Virus record (IMG/VR): IMGVR_UViG_2061766007_000483
Strand: one strand, 5' to 3'
Source of the DNA: an uncultured virus (IMG/VR IMGVR_UViG_2061766007_000483)
Lineage: Duplodnaviria > Heunggongvirae > Uroviricota > Caudoviricetes
DNA: 64,000 bases
A program made the translations under genes and the position numbers. The stretch's first letter is position 1, and each line of letters starts with the position of its first letter. This document shows positions 10,820-21,922 of this stretch, piece after piece. The notes beneath the pieces are model-generated. The model searched no databases and was not told the origin of the DNA. It worked only from the letters and a program-made list of their open reading frames with translations.

Positions 10820-11755
10820 TCACTTTTTTAGTTCCTGACGAATTTTTCTCAAATTTTCTCCGATATTTCTCTTGTACTTGTTTATACCCTTGTTCCCGAT
10901 GGTGTTAATCCTGTCGCAGATTGCTTCCACAATTTTCGGGAGGTAGGAGTTGCTGTAGCACTCGTCACCGCTGTAACCCGCCTCCGCATATTGGTCGTAC
11001 ATAACGCCGACACCCTTGCTTTTGCAGATGATGTGGTTGCAAAGCGACATAACCACACTCCACTTTATAGTGGGGTTTGTTTCACGACCGCTATTTTCGT
11101 ACATATTATAATACCTGACGATTGTGTCCGCCACCAACACCCGTTTTCCCAAACCCATTGGATGCGCCATCTTTGTCGTGAACGCATACCTCAACACCTC
11201 ATTGACCACATCCTTTATTGTGAACGTGTCTGTGAGCATAGGGTCGTTGGACAGGTCGCAATCCATCAGGTTCATATCGGACATTATGGAAACGCGGAGG
11301 TTTTCAATGAACTCCCTGTTCTTGCCCTCCATAGCGTGCTTTGAAATCAGGTCGTCTTTTTTGAGCGACAGTTCTGCACTTTCAATCGCCCTGTCAAACA
11401 GTTTGAACACACTCTTGGCGAACTCAACGTCCACAGAAAAGAGGCGTTCCGTGCGCTCAATGTTCACATCATCCACATAATCCTCGCCGTGCATAGCATA
11501 CAGGGTAATGCACCAACTTGCGGAGGTGACGTCATCATAACCGAACTTTTGGATACCTCCGTTGTGGGCGAATGCGTCAACAAGCATAGATGTCAATTCA
11601 CAAAGACGCTCTATGTAGAAGTCATCATCCGTGATGAAGAACGGGTCGTCGCCGACATAAATCTTTGATATGTAGTCACAGTATCTCGGCGCGAAGGTCT
11701 CGTGCAGGGCGACCAATGTGTAGGATGACATAAATTCGGTTTCTGTCAGTCTCAT
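10820..11755 (-). CDS. MRLT-tag family protein, paralog of the next gene
   Basis: MRLTETE start; LHETFAPRY..SKIYVGDDPFF matches IHDAFKERF..SKVFVSDDPYF in 11759-12706. Confidence 0.65.
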   Translation of the reverse strand: MRLTETEFMSSYTLVALHETFAPRYCDYISKIYVGDDPFFITDDDFYIERLCELTSMLVDAFAHNGGIQKFGYDDVTSASWCITLYAMHGEDYVDDVNIERTERLFSVDVEFAKSVFKLFDRAIESAELSLKKDDLISKHAMEGKNREFIENLRVSIMSDMNLMDCDLSNDPMLTDTFTIKDVVNEVLRYAFTTKMAHPMGLGKRVLVADTIVRYYNMYENSGRETNPTIKWSVVMSLCNHIICKSKGVGVMYDQYAEAGYSGDECYSNSYLPKIVEAICDRINTIGNKGINKYKRNIGENLRKIRQELKK

Positions 11756-11758
11756 CGC

Positions 11759-12706
11759 TTAAAATCTTTCGGTGCTGATTTTGTTGTCAATATTCTTTTT
11801 CGCACGCCTCTTGTACCGCTCAACATCCTTCTCGGTGATATGGTCACACATTATACGCATAAGACATTCAATGAAGTTATAGGTATCCATATCATAGTCT
11901 TTGAACGTATATTCCTCCCAACCAAACCCGTCGTTTGCATTATCATCCTCCAAAATGATTTCAATCATATTGTCAAAATCAGTGTTGCGTGAAAGTTGGT
12001 GTACGCACAATGCGCACCGTATGTCACTCCAACAGTCAAACTGCTGCGCATAGTTGTACTTGCCGTCATCCAACCGTGTTATCAGGTGGACAGCGAGTAT
12101 GTTGCGACCTTCTATCGGGTTCCTGATGTATGAGGTGAACACAAGGCGGATGATGTCACGGATAACTTCATCCGCATTCGGTATCAAGTTAAAAACACAT
12201 CTTGTGACAGTGTTTTCCGTGACCGTGTATTTTTTCATAGCACACCTGATTTTCTCATACAGACTTTCAAGGTACTCCTTGTTTTTCCCGCAGATGCCGT
12301 ATCGTTCCATCAGGTTCTGCCTTGCCAAGTCCTTCTCGGCGTTGCTTATCGCCGTGTCAAACAGATAGGCGAGTTCATTTTGCAACGTCTTGTTTTTTTT
12401 GATGACTTCGTTTATGTGTGTGATGTCATCGGGGTGCAGGATGTCGGGTTTGTATATCACTGCGTCCTCAATGTCCCTTAACGTGCTTCTGATGTTCCGA
12501 TAATCGTACGATTTTGGAAAGTACTTTTTCAGAAGTTTGTTGGTGTTCTCGTAGATGTAATTGTCCCTGAAAGAGTGTATGTAAAAGTAGGGGTCGTCGC
12601 TGACGAACACCTTTGACAGGTATTTGTGAAAGCGTTCCTTGAACGCATCGTGGATACTTTCAAGTGTTACCTCCTGTTCAATGATGTTTGTGTCACTGAT
12701 TCTCAT
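11759..12706 (-). CDS. MRIS-tag family protein
   Basis: start reassigned to MRISDTN at 12706, immediately after the stop of the upstream gene. Confidence 0.65.
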   Translation of the reverse strand: MRISDTNIIEQEVTLESIHDAFKERFHKYLSKVFVSDDPYFYIHSFRDNYIYENTNKLLKKYFPKSYDYRNIRSTLRDIEDAVIYKPDILHPDDITHINEVIKKNKTLQNELAYLFDTAISNAEKDLARQNLMERYGICGKNKEYLESLYEKIRCAMKKYTVTENTVTRCVFNLIPNADEVIRDIIRLVFTSYIRNPIEGRNILAVHLITRLDDGKYNYAQQFDCWSDIRCALCVHQLSRNTDFDNMIEIILEDDNANDGFGWEEYTFKDYDMDTYNFIECLMRIMCDHITEKDVERYKRRAKKNIDNKISTERF

Positions 12707-12707
12707 A

Positions 12708-14954
12708 TTATTCGTTTTTGGTTGTGAGGTACACCACGCGGGAGTTGTCCACCGACTTGAAATCTGGGTTGTCATACACACCCCAAATCAGGTTCTTCAC
12801 GTTGTGCGGTTTCGGCACGACCTCATCATACCCGTCGGTGAACATCACCACACATCTTGCCCCGCCGTTCTCGTTCACCCAATCAAGGGCGTTCTTGAAG
12901 TCGGTGCCGCCCGTGATGTGTCCGCCCTTCGCGTGCTTGTCGGCACGTTTGAGCAGCATAACTGCGGCGTCGCTGATTTTGCCAGCGAGACGTGTGTTGG
13001 TGGTCTCAACAAGTTCAACACGGGTGGTGAAGTAGGCGTAGGTCACGTCATAGACGTTGCATTTCTTTGTGATGGCATAGCACTCGGCAAGCAGGTTGCT
13101 CAATGTCTTGTCGGAGATTGAACCCGAACAGTCAACGAGGAACACCACGTCCTTGATTGCGTCGTTGTTTGTCTTGTGCTTCAAGGTCATTGCGTCCCGT
13201 GCGAGACCTCTTTTCTCACCCCACTCGTTTCTGAACTTCAATGAGTTGCTCATAGCACGGTTCATCAGTTTGCGGAGTTCGTGCTGCCAATTATAGCGGG
13301 ATGCCTCAATGTCCTTGATGTGTCGGGTGATGAGTTCGGAACCCTCCTTGCCTGCCATCTGTCCTGCGAGTTCCTCCCACTTGGACTCAATGTCGTCAAG
13401 TTCCTCCTCCTTCGTGAACTCTCCCTTGTAACCCGCTTTTCTTGCGATATTGGCGCCTTCCTGCTGACTGATGATGTCCTCGTTGGAAAGACGCTTGGTC
13501 TTGTCTCCTGTGCCTGCTTTGCCAGCGTTGAGCGTCACCTGATAGTGCGGCGGACGGGGGATGTTCAAATCCTCCGCGTCGGCGGGGATGGCGGGTCTGA
13601 ACTGCTTGCCGCCCATCTGCGAGAGCATACCACCGAGACCGCCCATCGGGTCGCCCGCGATGATTGCGACAAGTTGCTCAATCTGCGAGCAGGCATTGTC
13701 AATGGCGTAGTCCCAACCCTGATTGTAGGTGCGGTAACTCTCCTCAATGTCGCGTGAGGGGTCAAAGTCGTCGTAGTTGTGGACAACCTTGTCAACCACA
13801 TCAAAGAGGTTGTCCGCCTTTTCGTTGACGCTCTCGGTGTCACCATCCTCCTTTGAGATGTGGTCACGAATCCAATCGCGGAGTTGCTTTGCCACGTCCT
13901 CACTCTCAAAGGACATCGTGTCCTGCATAAACCCCATAGTGTTGGTCATAAAGTTCTTCGGAGGAACCTGACTGATTTTCGTGCCGTTCGCCTGTGCGGT
14001 TTTGAGGATGTCGGCGAGCATATTCTTCTCATCATCGCTCAAACCGTTTGTGGCGGTGCTGCCCTTTCCGAACAGTTGGTCAAGCAGGTTCGGCATACTC
14101 GGTTTGGGTTCCTTTCTGATTTTTTGGATTGCCTTCGCGGAGTTTTCAAGCGAGCGGGACACATCGTCCTTCGTGTACTTGTCTCCGAGATTTTTTGACA
14201 TCTTGCGGTAATTGCGTTCAAGGATTTTGTTGATTTCGTGCATAGCGTCCTTGAAACCCTTCTTGAACTCCGCAGATGATGGAACCTGCTCAATGTTGCC
14301 GCCGCCCGTTGACTTCGGCCAAACGATGTCCAACATCGGCGCCTCAAATTTGAGGTCGGGGCGGTTGAGAATGTCATCATAAATCATCTCATACGCCCAA
14401 AGGTCGGTGCTGCCCGTATCGGGGTGCTTTGTGTATTTCTCCGAGTAGTATGCCCCGATGTGGTCAAGTTGCCCCTGATTGACAAACTTGTCAAGGAAGG
14501 CGGCACCGTTAACCTCAAAGTCCGCCGCGATGTTGGCGAGTCGTTTGTCGTGTCCGCGACCCCTTTTCAGGTGGTTGAACACGCAGTGCAACAACTCGTG
14601 AATCATCACGAAACGGATTTCACCGTCCGTCAGCATTGAAGTCCAAGTGGGGTTGATGAACAGTCTCGTTCCGTCAGTCGCCTGTGTGGGGATGTCAAAG
14701 GTGTAGATGAAGTTCACATACTCCAACAACGCTCCGAAACAGGGGTTCATAGCGTGTACGCTTCCGCGTGCCACGTCCACTCTCTCCCTTACGTCCTTGA
14801 TATTCACTTCAAGACCCGTGGCAGGGTCAATGGCGCTGTCAAGTTCGCCGAGCGGTTTGATGGTGTCCTTTACGATTGTGACCTGTGAGGGGTCAATTTT
14901 CTTGATGTCGGGTTTGTTCTCGTTTTCCATTTCTGTATTTTTATTTTTGTTCAT
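12708..14954 (-). CDS. HExxH metallopeptidase + C-terminal VWA domain protein (DUF2201-like)
   Basis: TQATDG, IHELLH, NIAADFEVN; C-terminal FLVDCSGSIS, GGTDF, MFTDGY. Confidence 0.85.
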   Translation of the reverse strand: MNKNKNTEMENENKPDIKKIDPSQVTIVKDTIKPLGELDSAIDPATGLEVNIKDVRERVDVARGSVHAMNPCFGALLEYVNFIYTFDIPTQATDGTRLFINPTWTSMLTDGEIRFVMIHELLHCVFNHLKRGRGHDKRLANIAADFEVNGAAFLDKFVNQGQLDHIGAYYSEKYTKHPDTGSTDLWAYEMIYDDILNRPDLKFEAPMLDIVWPKSTGGGNIEQVPSSAEFKKGFKDAMHEINKILERNYRKMSKNLGDKYTKDDVSRSLENSAKAIQKIRKEPKPSMPNLLDQLFGKGSTATNGLSDDEKNMLADILKTAQANGTKISQVPPKNFMTNTMGFMQDTMSFESEDVAKQLRDWIRDHISKEDGDTESVNEKADNLFDVVDKVVHNYDDFDPSRDIEESYRTYNQGWDYAIDNACSQIEQLVAIIAGDPMGGLGGMLSQMGGKQFRPAIPADAEDLNIPRPPHYQVTLNAGKAGTGDKTKRLSNEDIISQQEGANIARKAGYKGEFTKEEELDDIESKWEELAGQMAGKEGSELITRHIKDIEASRYNWQHELRKLMNRAMSNSLKFRNEWGEKRGLARDAMTLKHKTNNDAIKDVVFLVDCSGSISDKTLSNLLAECYAITKKCNVYDVTYAYFTTRVELVETTNTRLAGKISDAAVMLLKRADKHAKGGHITGGTDFKNALDWVNENGGARCVVMFTDGYDEVVPKPHNVKNLIWGVYDNPDFKSVDNSRVVYLTTKNE

Positions 14955-15411
14955 ATCTTGTTCTTGTCATTGGCATTTCGTCAAAGTTGTACTCTTTGAG
15001 TCCTGCGAGTCCGTCAATGGTGGCGTACCTGCCGTTCTCAATCATAAGTGATGTGATGAAAGTCCCAACATCACCGTCACATCCCTCGCCGCTCACTTCA
15101 CAGATGTCCACCACGAACACCTTCTTGCCCCTTGCGAAAGCGTAACCACCCTCCCAAGCGCACCCTGCGGTTGTGTTCTCGCGACCGTAGTTCAGCAGCA
15201 CCACATAGTCGCAGCGCTCTATCGCGTTAAGGTCGTTTTGGAACACCATCAACCCCCACTCGTTGTTCGGGTAGTCCCAAGCGTTCGTCACGAAGTTCTC
15301 CATAGGGACATAGACCTCAAAGCGCCTGCGGAGGATTTCCGCCGCCTCCATAATGGTCTTTCTGAAACGGGGTGACATTGATGATGCGAGATATACTTTC
15401 TTCTTTTCCAT
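14941..15411 (-). CDS. nucleoside 2-deoxyribosyltransferase-family protein
   Basis: KVYLAS, NDLNAIERCDYVV, GCAWEGGYAFARGK. Confidence 0.8.
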   Translation of the reverse strand: MEKKKVYLASSMSPRFRKTIMEAAEILRRRFEVYVPMENFVTNAWDYPNNEWGLMVFQNDLNAIERCDYVVLLNYGRENTTAGCAWEGGYAFARGKKVFVVDICEVSGEGCDGDVGTFITSLMIENGRYATIDGLAGLKEYNFDEMPMTRTRYEQK

Positions 15412-15416
15412 AGGTC

Positions 15417-15674
15417 TTATTTTTTGAGGGGACACCAAGTCGGGATTTCGCATTTGGCGAAGTTGTTGTATGCGCCTCCGAGAGCAACTTTGCCGTTCTC
15501 GTTGTATTGTTCAAGTTCGGTACCCGAATTGACCGCCTTTTCGTGCGTGCAGAACCAATCGTAGTTCGGTTCGTCAAAACTGTCAAAGCAGACGCTCGTG
15601 TCGGTATGCACATAAAAGAACGGACAGTCGTTGCAGTGCTTGATGCTGATTTTTTTCTCAATCGTTACTTCCAT
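15417..15674 (-). CDS. small Cys-rich hypothetical protein
   Basis: CNDCPF..WFC..PTWCPL; ATTATATTCAAT motif upstream. Confidence 0.55.
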   Translation of the reverse strand: MEVTIEKKISIKHCNDCPFFYVHTDTSVCFDSFDEPNYDWFCTHEKAVNSGTELEQYNENGKVALGGAYNNFAKCEIPTWCPLKK

Positions 15675-15741
15675 AGTTTTCAATTTTTATGATACATCAT
15701 TGATATATCTTTTATTGAATATAATGAAAAAAATCAAAAAA

Positions 15742-18700
15742 TCACCACAAATTTGAAGAAATTTTTCTGATGTCAATGATTTTGATATGCGCATACGCCT
15801 CGCCGAGTTCGCGGTTGTATCTGTAAACAGACCGCTCCCACTTCTTGTCGTTCACATTTACAGCGCATTCCAATTTCCCTATGTGCTTTATCAGGTTGGT
15901 GTGGTACCTCTGTTCGGCGCAACGTATCTTCAAGGACGACAGGTCGTGCCTGACGAACCGCTTGAAACATCTCCAACGGTGTTTCACACGTTCCTTGAAA
16001 TTCTTTTCCGTTTCTGCAACGACAGTGAATGTGAAGTCATACACATCATCCCCGACAAGACAGGTGCCGCTTATGCTCGTACGTCTTGCGTTCAGCATAA
16101 ACATAAACGGAAAGTCGTCACTATACAGTTTGAACTGCAAGCATTCCTTTTTCTCACTCTTGATAAGGTCGGTTTCCGTCAGTCTCATTTTGAACCGCCT
16201 TTCAGTTTTGAGACAAGTCTTTTTGAGTGAAATGTCCAAAACGAGGTGAACAGGACTTCCTTGTTCTCCCCGTCAAGGATTCCGAAGTAGTTGCGCTTCG
16301 GTGTGGTGACGATATACGCCTCATAGTTGAGTTCCTCATACAAGTAGAACTCAATGTGCGACAGTTCGCCCGCCACGACCTCATCCAATATCGCATTGAG
16401 TTTCGCTTCCGAGTTCATACATTTCTTGTAGGTTCTCCACGCCTTCCTGTCAAATATGAACGGCAGGTACTCCATACATAACGACAGGACAAGTGGGATT
16501 GCACATACAAGCAGTGTGATTGCGATTACATAAAAACCATTTTCCATAACTTTTCCTTTTTATTGAATATGATGAAATTTTTTCAATCTTTGACACGTAC
16601 CATAATCAGGTCGTGGCTAATTCCACCCACGAAGTTTTGCCATACAAATCTGAACCTTGTGCTTGAAATCTTGTCCGCTTCATTTTGCAGGTCATCCTTT
16701 GAAAGATTGTTCCTTTGAGTTAGGAGTCCAAGTTTGATGTTTTCACCGACACACTTCACGGACTGTATGTTGTACAGGGTGCATTTCACGTCACCCATCG
16801 GGTGAAAGTCGTCCCCTCTTATGTGCAGGTATGCCGAATTACCGTTTATTGTGCGTGCGATTTCCTCCGAGTCCTTTCCGAAGAATGGCGTCGTGAGTTC
16901 AAACTTGTTACCTATCATCGTGAAGCAGCCACAATGCTGAACATTCTCACCTATATACTCCATATACACAAAGTTCCTGTCGGTAATCCCGTTTGATACA
17001 TTATTGTTATCTGTCAGTCTCATAAATCTCGTACATATTGATTGAAACATAGTCGCCGTTCAGACCGCACACACATACACTGAACTTGGTGTCCGAAATG
17101 AGTTTGGCGTCCGCTTTTGCCACCGTGTCGTTCAGGTACATCTCCGATGACACGCGCATAAGTATTTCGTTGCAGTTGCTCTCCATTGAGTCCACCGTGA
17201 ATATCTTGCAGTCAAGGGAGTCAAGTTTGGATGGTTTGAACCCGTCCCTGTCCTTGTTCACGAACAGGATTATGCCCTTTGCCCGCCCGCCGTTGTCATA
17301 GACCGACCGAACGGTCTCCGCGCTCTTGCTTCCAAAGAAACACGTCCTTAATGTGAAGTTCGCCTTGCTGAAACACGACCTTAATGTGAAGTTCGCCTTG
17401 CTGAACGCGGAGCGTTCAATCCTGTCAAACTCCATCTCAACGGAGGTGTTATCCCTTATTGATTCCGCTATGTCTGTGTTTTCAGTCAGTCTCATAAATC
17501 TCGTACATATTGACGTAAATGAAATCCGCATTTGTCTTTACTATATCAATATCAAACCTTGTTCCTGAAACGACCTCCGCATCATATTGGGCGCACTCGT
17601 GGTCGGGATAGGCATCCGTTGAAATCTGTATGACTATGTTGTCATCGTCCCTGTCTATGGTGTTCACTGTGAATATAAAGGTCTCAAGCGCGTTGAGTTT
17701 TGAGTAGCAGGAGTTCATCCTGTTGATGAAAAGCACCATACCCCTTATCGTGTGAACCCCCATTTGCAATTTATATATCTGTTCAACGACGTCCTTTGTA
17801 TGCACGCCATAGAACTTGCTCCTGACGGTGAATATGTACTTGTCCCTCCGTCCTGTCGGGAACGTGCCGTTGAACTCCATCTCAACGGCGTTCCTGTCCT
17901 CCATCGCCCTTGCCATATCCTTGTTTTCAGTCAGTCTCATATCGCATTAAATATACCTGTTCCTACATAGACATAGTGGATGTTGCAGTTCTTGCCGAGA
18001 ACAACATTGTTCCTGTTGCAGAACTCACAATAATTGTTGATGTACTCACACATCTTGGGATAGTTTCCTGAACGGCAATCCTTCTGCCTATGGCAGAAGG
18101 ATTCCTTCGTAAGGAACGAATCGTTGCCGAACACCTCGCATATCGCGTCAATCAGTCCGACATTCATATCATAGTTGAAACGGACGCCGAAGTTGTTTGG
18201 GATGTACACCCCGTATTTGTTTTTCATAGATGCAAGTGCAAGTACTGTCATACTGTAGTGGTAGGTTATGCCCGTTCCCCTGTCATAGATTGTCCTGTCG
18301 TGACTTGTCGGTCTCAAATCCAATATGTTGCTGTCGGTGATTTTCATTCCTGTTAGTTTTCGTGAATTTCATAGACCTCTATGGTCGGATGGATGAAACT
18401 ATTTGAGAGGACGCACTTCCATCTCGCGTTTGATATGATTTCGGCATCCTTTTTGGCGAACTTTGTTGTCGTGTCAAACGCGACTATCTCCAATGTGTTT
18501 GTTGTCGCCCTTGCCGATTTTATAGCAAAAGCGTACCTATGCAGGTTTTTTGCGATGACACAATCGTATCCCGACGGGTACAGGATGTCAGCAAAGACAA
18601 TGACGGACTGCACGCTTTTGTTCAAGGTGTCCGCAATTCTTGGTGAGTCATTCCCGAAGAAGTTTATTGTGAACACGAACTCCACGCCGTTGCGGTTCCT

Positions 18701-21070
18701 GTCGGTGACCCTCTTTGTTACGACGGAGATTGTGTTACTGTCAGCAATCTGACCCGATAAGTTTTCGTTGTCGGTGATTCTCATAGTATCTTTCCTTTAT
18801 TGAATATAATGAAAATTTTTCAATTTTTCAACTCATACATAGCAATTCCGTTCACGGAGTTGCTGCCGACCGCNNNNNNNNNNNNNNNNNNNNNNNNNNN
18901 NTCTCCGCGTCCTGTTTCTCAAATGGGATGTATGCGCTTGTGCATACAAGGTGGAGCGTGTTGTCAAGCGCGTATGCGGACTCTATTTCAAACACTCTTC
19001 TGAATATCGGGAGTGGAATCTCATTGTAACCGTCATATCTGAAAATCATCAGGTAGTTCACGCCAAACAACACATTGCCTGCGATTTCTGCGGACTTTTT
19101 TCCGAAGAAGTTTATGGTGAACGTGAACTCCGTCTTGACGGGAATCCCCCTGTTGAATATGGTTCTCGTGTACTTCGCGTGGACAAAGTTCCTGTCCTTG
19201 ATTTGGTTTGTTATGTTAGTGTTTTCAGTCAGTCTCATCCTCCTCAAAGATTTCAAGGTTGTAAGTGCAATGGTAGGTCTTGTAAAGGGCGACCCTGAAC
19301 TTCGTGCTGTTTATGATGTCCGCAAATGCGTTTGGGTTATTCGGTGGTGTACAGAAGCACGTCAGGACAAGTTTTCCTGATACGACGGACGCGGACTCAA
19401 TGAGGAATATCGCGGTGCCGATAGTACGGAAGGAGCGGTTGAATGTCAGGCACAGTCGGGAATTTTCAAGCGCGTATATGTAAATGTAGTTGTCTTGTGC
19501 GGAAAGCATCCTTGCCGCCTCTGCATAGTTCTTCCTGTCAATGCCGCAGTCGGGTGCGCTAATTCCACAATCTATGGCGAACGTGAATGATGCTGCGATG
19601 CCACGGTTAGCAAGTCTCCTCAACCCCGTGTATTCCACACGAACACCTTCACCTCTGACTTGTCTTGCTATATTCTCACTGCCCGTTATCCTCATATATT
19701 TCCAAGTTATAGGATTGGTTTATGGACGACGTATATGTTGAACAGTGGAAATTTTTCGTATTGAAGATTTCCACAAATTTATCAGGATTGGGAAACTTTT
19801 TATAACGGCACTTCACAACAAGTTTTCCAACTGTTGAAATAACCTCATCAAATTCAAATGAAATTGCACCAAAGTCTCCTACAAAGTTGTAAAACGACTT
19901 TGGATTGGACTCAAACCCAACAAAAACCATTGACGATTCCGAAAGCAAACAGGAAACCTTGTAGTATCTGTCATCGCGCTTTTTTGCTCTTACACGCGAG
20001 CAGGGTCTGATGTCACATTCTATTGTGAATGTGAACACGGAATAAAATAAACCATCTTTTTTGTTTTTCTTTTTTCCGTTGTATTCAACAGTCACATTCT
20101 CACCCTTGACCTGTCTTGCTATATTCTCACTGTCCGTTATCCTCATAGTTGTTTTATTGAATGTAATGCAAACCGATTATGTTCATATCTTTTCCTTCAT
20201 ATATCACGTTGCATTTCCACTGTGCAATGCTTATCTTTTCCGCGACAACCTCATCGTCGCATTCGTTCTTGGGCGTTGGACAACCCGTACTCCATACACG
20301 CAGGGAGCCGCAGTCGTATTCAACCGACTGTATGGTAAATGATGTTTTTTTTATCCCCGTGCGCCGCATCAGTTCCTTGTCAAGAAGTCCGAAAAGCATA
20401 ATGTATCCGCCGCCCGTTTTTTGGAACGCTTCCGCAATTTCGGACGACCTGCGCCCGAACGACTTTATGGTGAACAGGAATTTTGAGCGCACGGCAGTCC
20501 CGTTGTCAAACACCTTCCCGTAGTATTCGCACCTGACGTTATTTCTGTCAATCTGCTCACGCAGTCCATTGTTGTCCGTTATCCTCATATCGTTCTCTCC
20601 GCTATGTCCAAAAAATAGTTGCCTCCAAAAGTAGAAAGGGAACACTTGAACTCATAATCCCATATCAGTCTCGCGAGAGCGTTCGGGTTGCTGACATTAG
20701 CCATCTCACACAACACATACAGGTTTCCACTGCCTGCAAGGGCGCGTTTGACCAAGAGGTTCCGTATGATGCCTTGACCGCGACTGCCACAAATCGCCTC
20801 ATTCAGGCGGGAACCATATCTTGTGACAAATGTGATGTACGATGGTTTACTTTTAAGAAGTTCCGCCACATAAGATGGCTTGAACTTGCTGTTGCCTAAC
20901 TTCACCAAACCCATCTCCTTGTCATTCTCAATGCTGCCGTTTATGGTGAACACGAACTCGTGCATCGGGGTGTTGTTCTTGTCAACATACAAATTGATGT
21001 ATTTGGCATAGACCAAGTTTCCGTCGCTCTTGATTCCGTTTGTGATTTCCGTGCTTTCGGTCAGTCTCAT
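15742..21070 (-). other. tandem array of tag-family ORFs: 15742-16188, 16583-17023, 17007-17495, 17482-17940, 17937-18347, 18353-18784, ~18830-19238, 19225-19695, 19676-20146, 20154-20588, 20585-21070; plus untagged membrane ORF 16185-16547
   Basis: all start MR/K-L/I-T; most share an F(T/V)I..F(F/Y)G..S.EIA core; many stops overlap the next ATG. Confidence 0.75.
17341..17406. repeat. 33-bp in-frame tandem duplication inside a tag-family ORF
   Basis: cacg(t/a)ccttaatgtgaagttcgccttgctgaa twice, giving FSKANFTLR twice. Confidence 0.85.
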
Positions 21071-21402
21071 CTCTTTCGTTTCAGTTTTGGCAATATCTTC
21101 CTCAACACCCACTCCTTGTACGGGATGGTGTCGTTCTCGCTGTTCATAATCCTGTCTGCATCGGTCTTGTCCATCAGGTGAGTGCCGTCAGAAGGTTCCG
21201 CCCAATCGTCCCGTTTCGGGAGTCTGTACTCATAGATGTGTTCGTCAATCTCCTCGCCCTCATAATGGGTGACTGCATTGCGAACGATGTGGTTGTTCCT
21301 GTTGGACACCTTGCGCCTGCGGTTCTTGTAGAACCTTGTATTCTGACTGCCGAACCCTCCGCAGGTTCCAACTTTCACATATTTCTTGTATGACTTGCTC
21401 AT
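21067..21402 (-). CDS. basic hypothetical protein
   Basis: 111-aa ORF starting MSKSYKK, coupled to neighbours. Confidence 0.6.
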   Translation of the reverse strand: MSKSYKKYVKVGTCGGFGSQNTRFYKNRRRKVSNRNNHIVRNAVTHYEGEEIDEHIYEYRLPKRDDWAEPSDGTHLMDKTDADRIMNSENDTIPYKEWVLRKILPKLKRKR

Positions 21403-21405
21403 CTC

Positions 21406-21885
21406 TTACATCTCCACGTTTACACATATCTTTTTAAGGAGTTCCACAATGCGGTCGTGCCACTCCTTGTTCCAAATGAACCCCCTCGTGTTGTCAAGCG
21501 AGAGGTCAATGCAACCAGCGTATGCGGTGTAGGGTTGCCAATCATTCTTTTCCTCATACGCATAGTTGACGCCCACACGGGAGTTTGTGTTGCCCGCCCT
21601 GTCACCGCGCATACGGATTTCTCCGTCAAGCGTCGGGTAGGTCTTGTGCTGTTGGTAGTATAGTTTGTCCGACAGGAGTTCGGATTTCAGTTCCGTCCAA
21701 AGTTCGTCACCCGCCTTTATTCGGCACCACCTTGTCACGGTTCCGCTCGTGTTGATGCCACCGATGCCTGACGACCCGTCCAATTCTGGTGATGACAGGT
21801 TGTGTTCAAGGCAGAAGTTGACAATCTTTTCAAGGAACACCACGTTCATAGCGATACGTTCCTTCGGTGTGAATATAGGTTTCAT
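21406..21885 (-). CDS. hypothetical protein
   Basis: ATG MKPIFTPKE just downstream of an ATTATATTCAAT motif at 21898-21909. Confidence 0.6.
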   Translation of the reverse strand: MKPIFTPKERIAMNVVFLEKIVNFCLEHNLSSPELDGSSGIGGINTSGTVTRWCRIKAGDELWTELKSELLSDKLYYQQHKTYPTLDGEIRMRGDRAGNTNSRVGVNYAYEEKNDWQPYTAYAGCIDLSLDNTRGFIWNKEWHDRIVELLKKICVNVEM

Positions 21886-21922
21886 AGTTTCTCTTTTATT
21901 GAATATAATAAAAACTCTCCTT

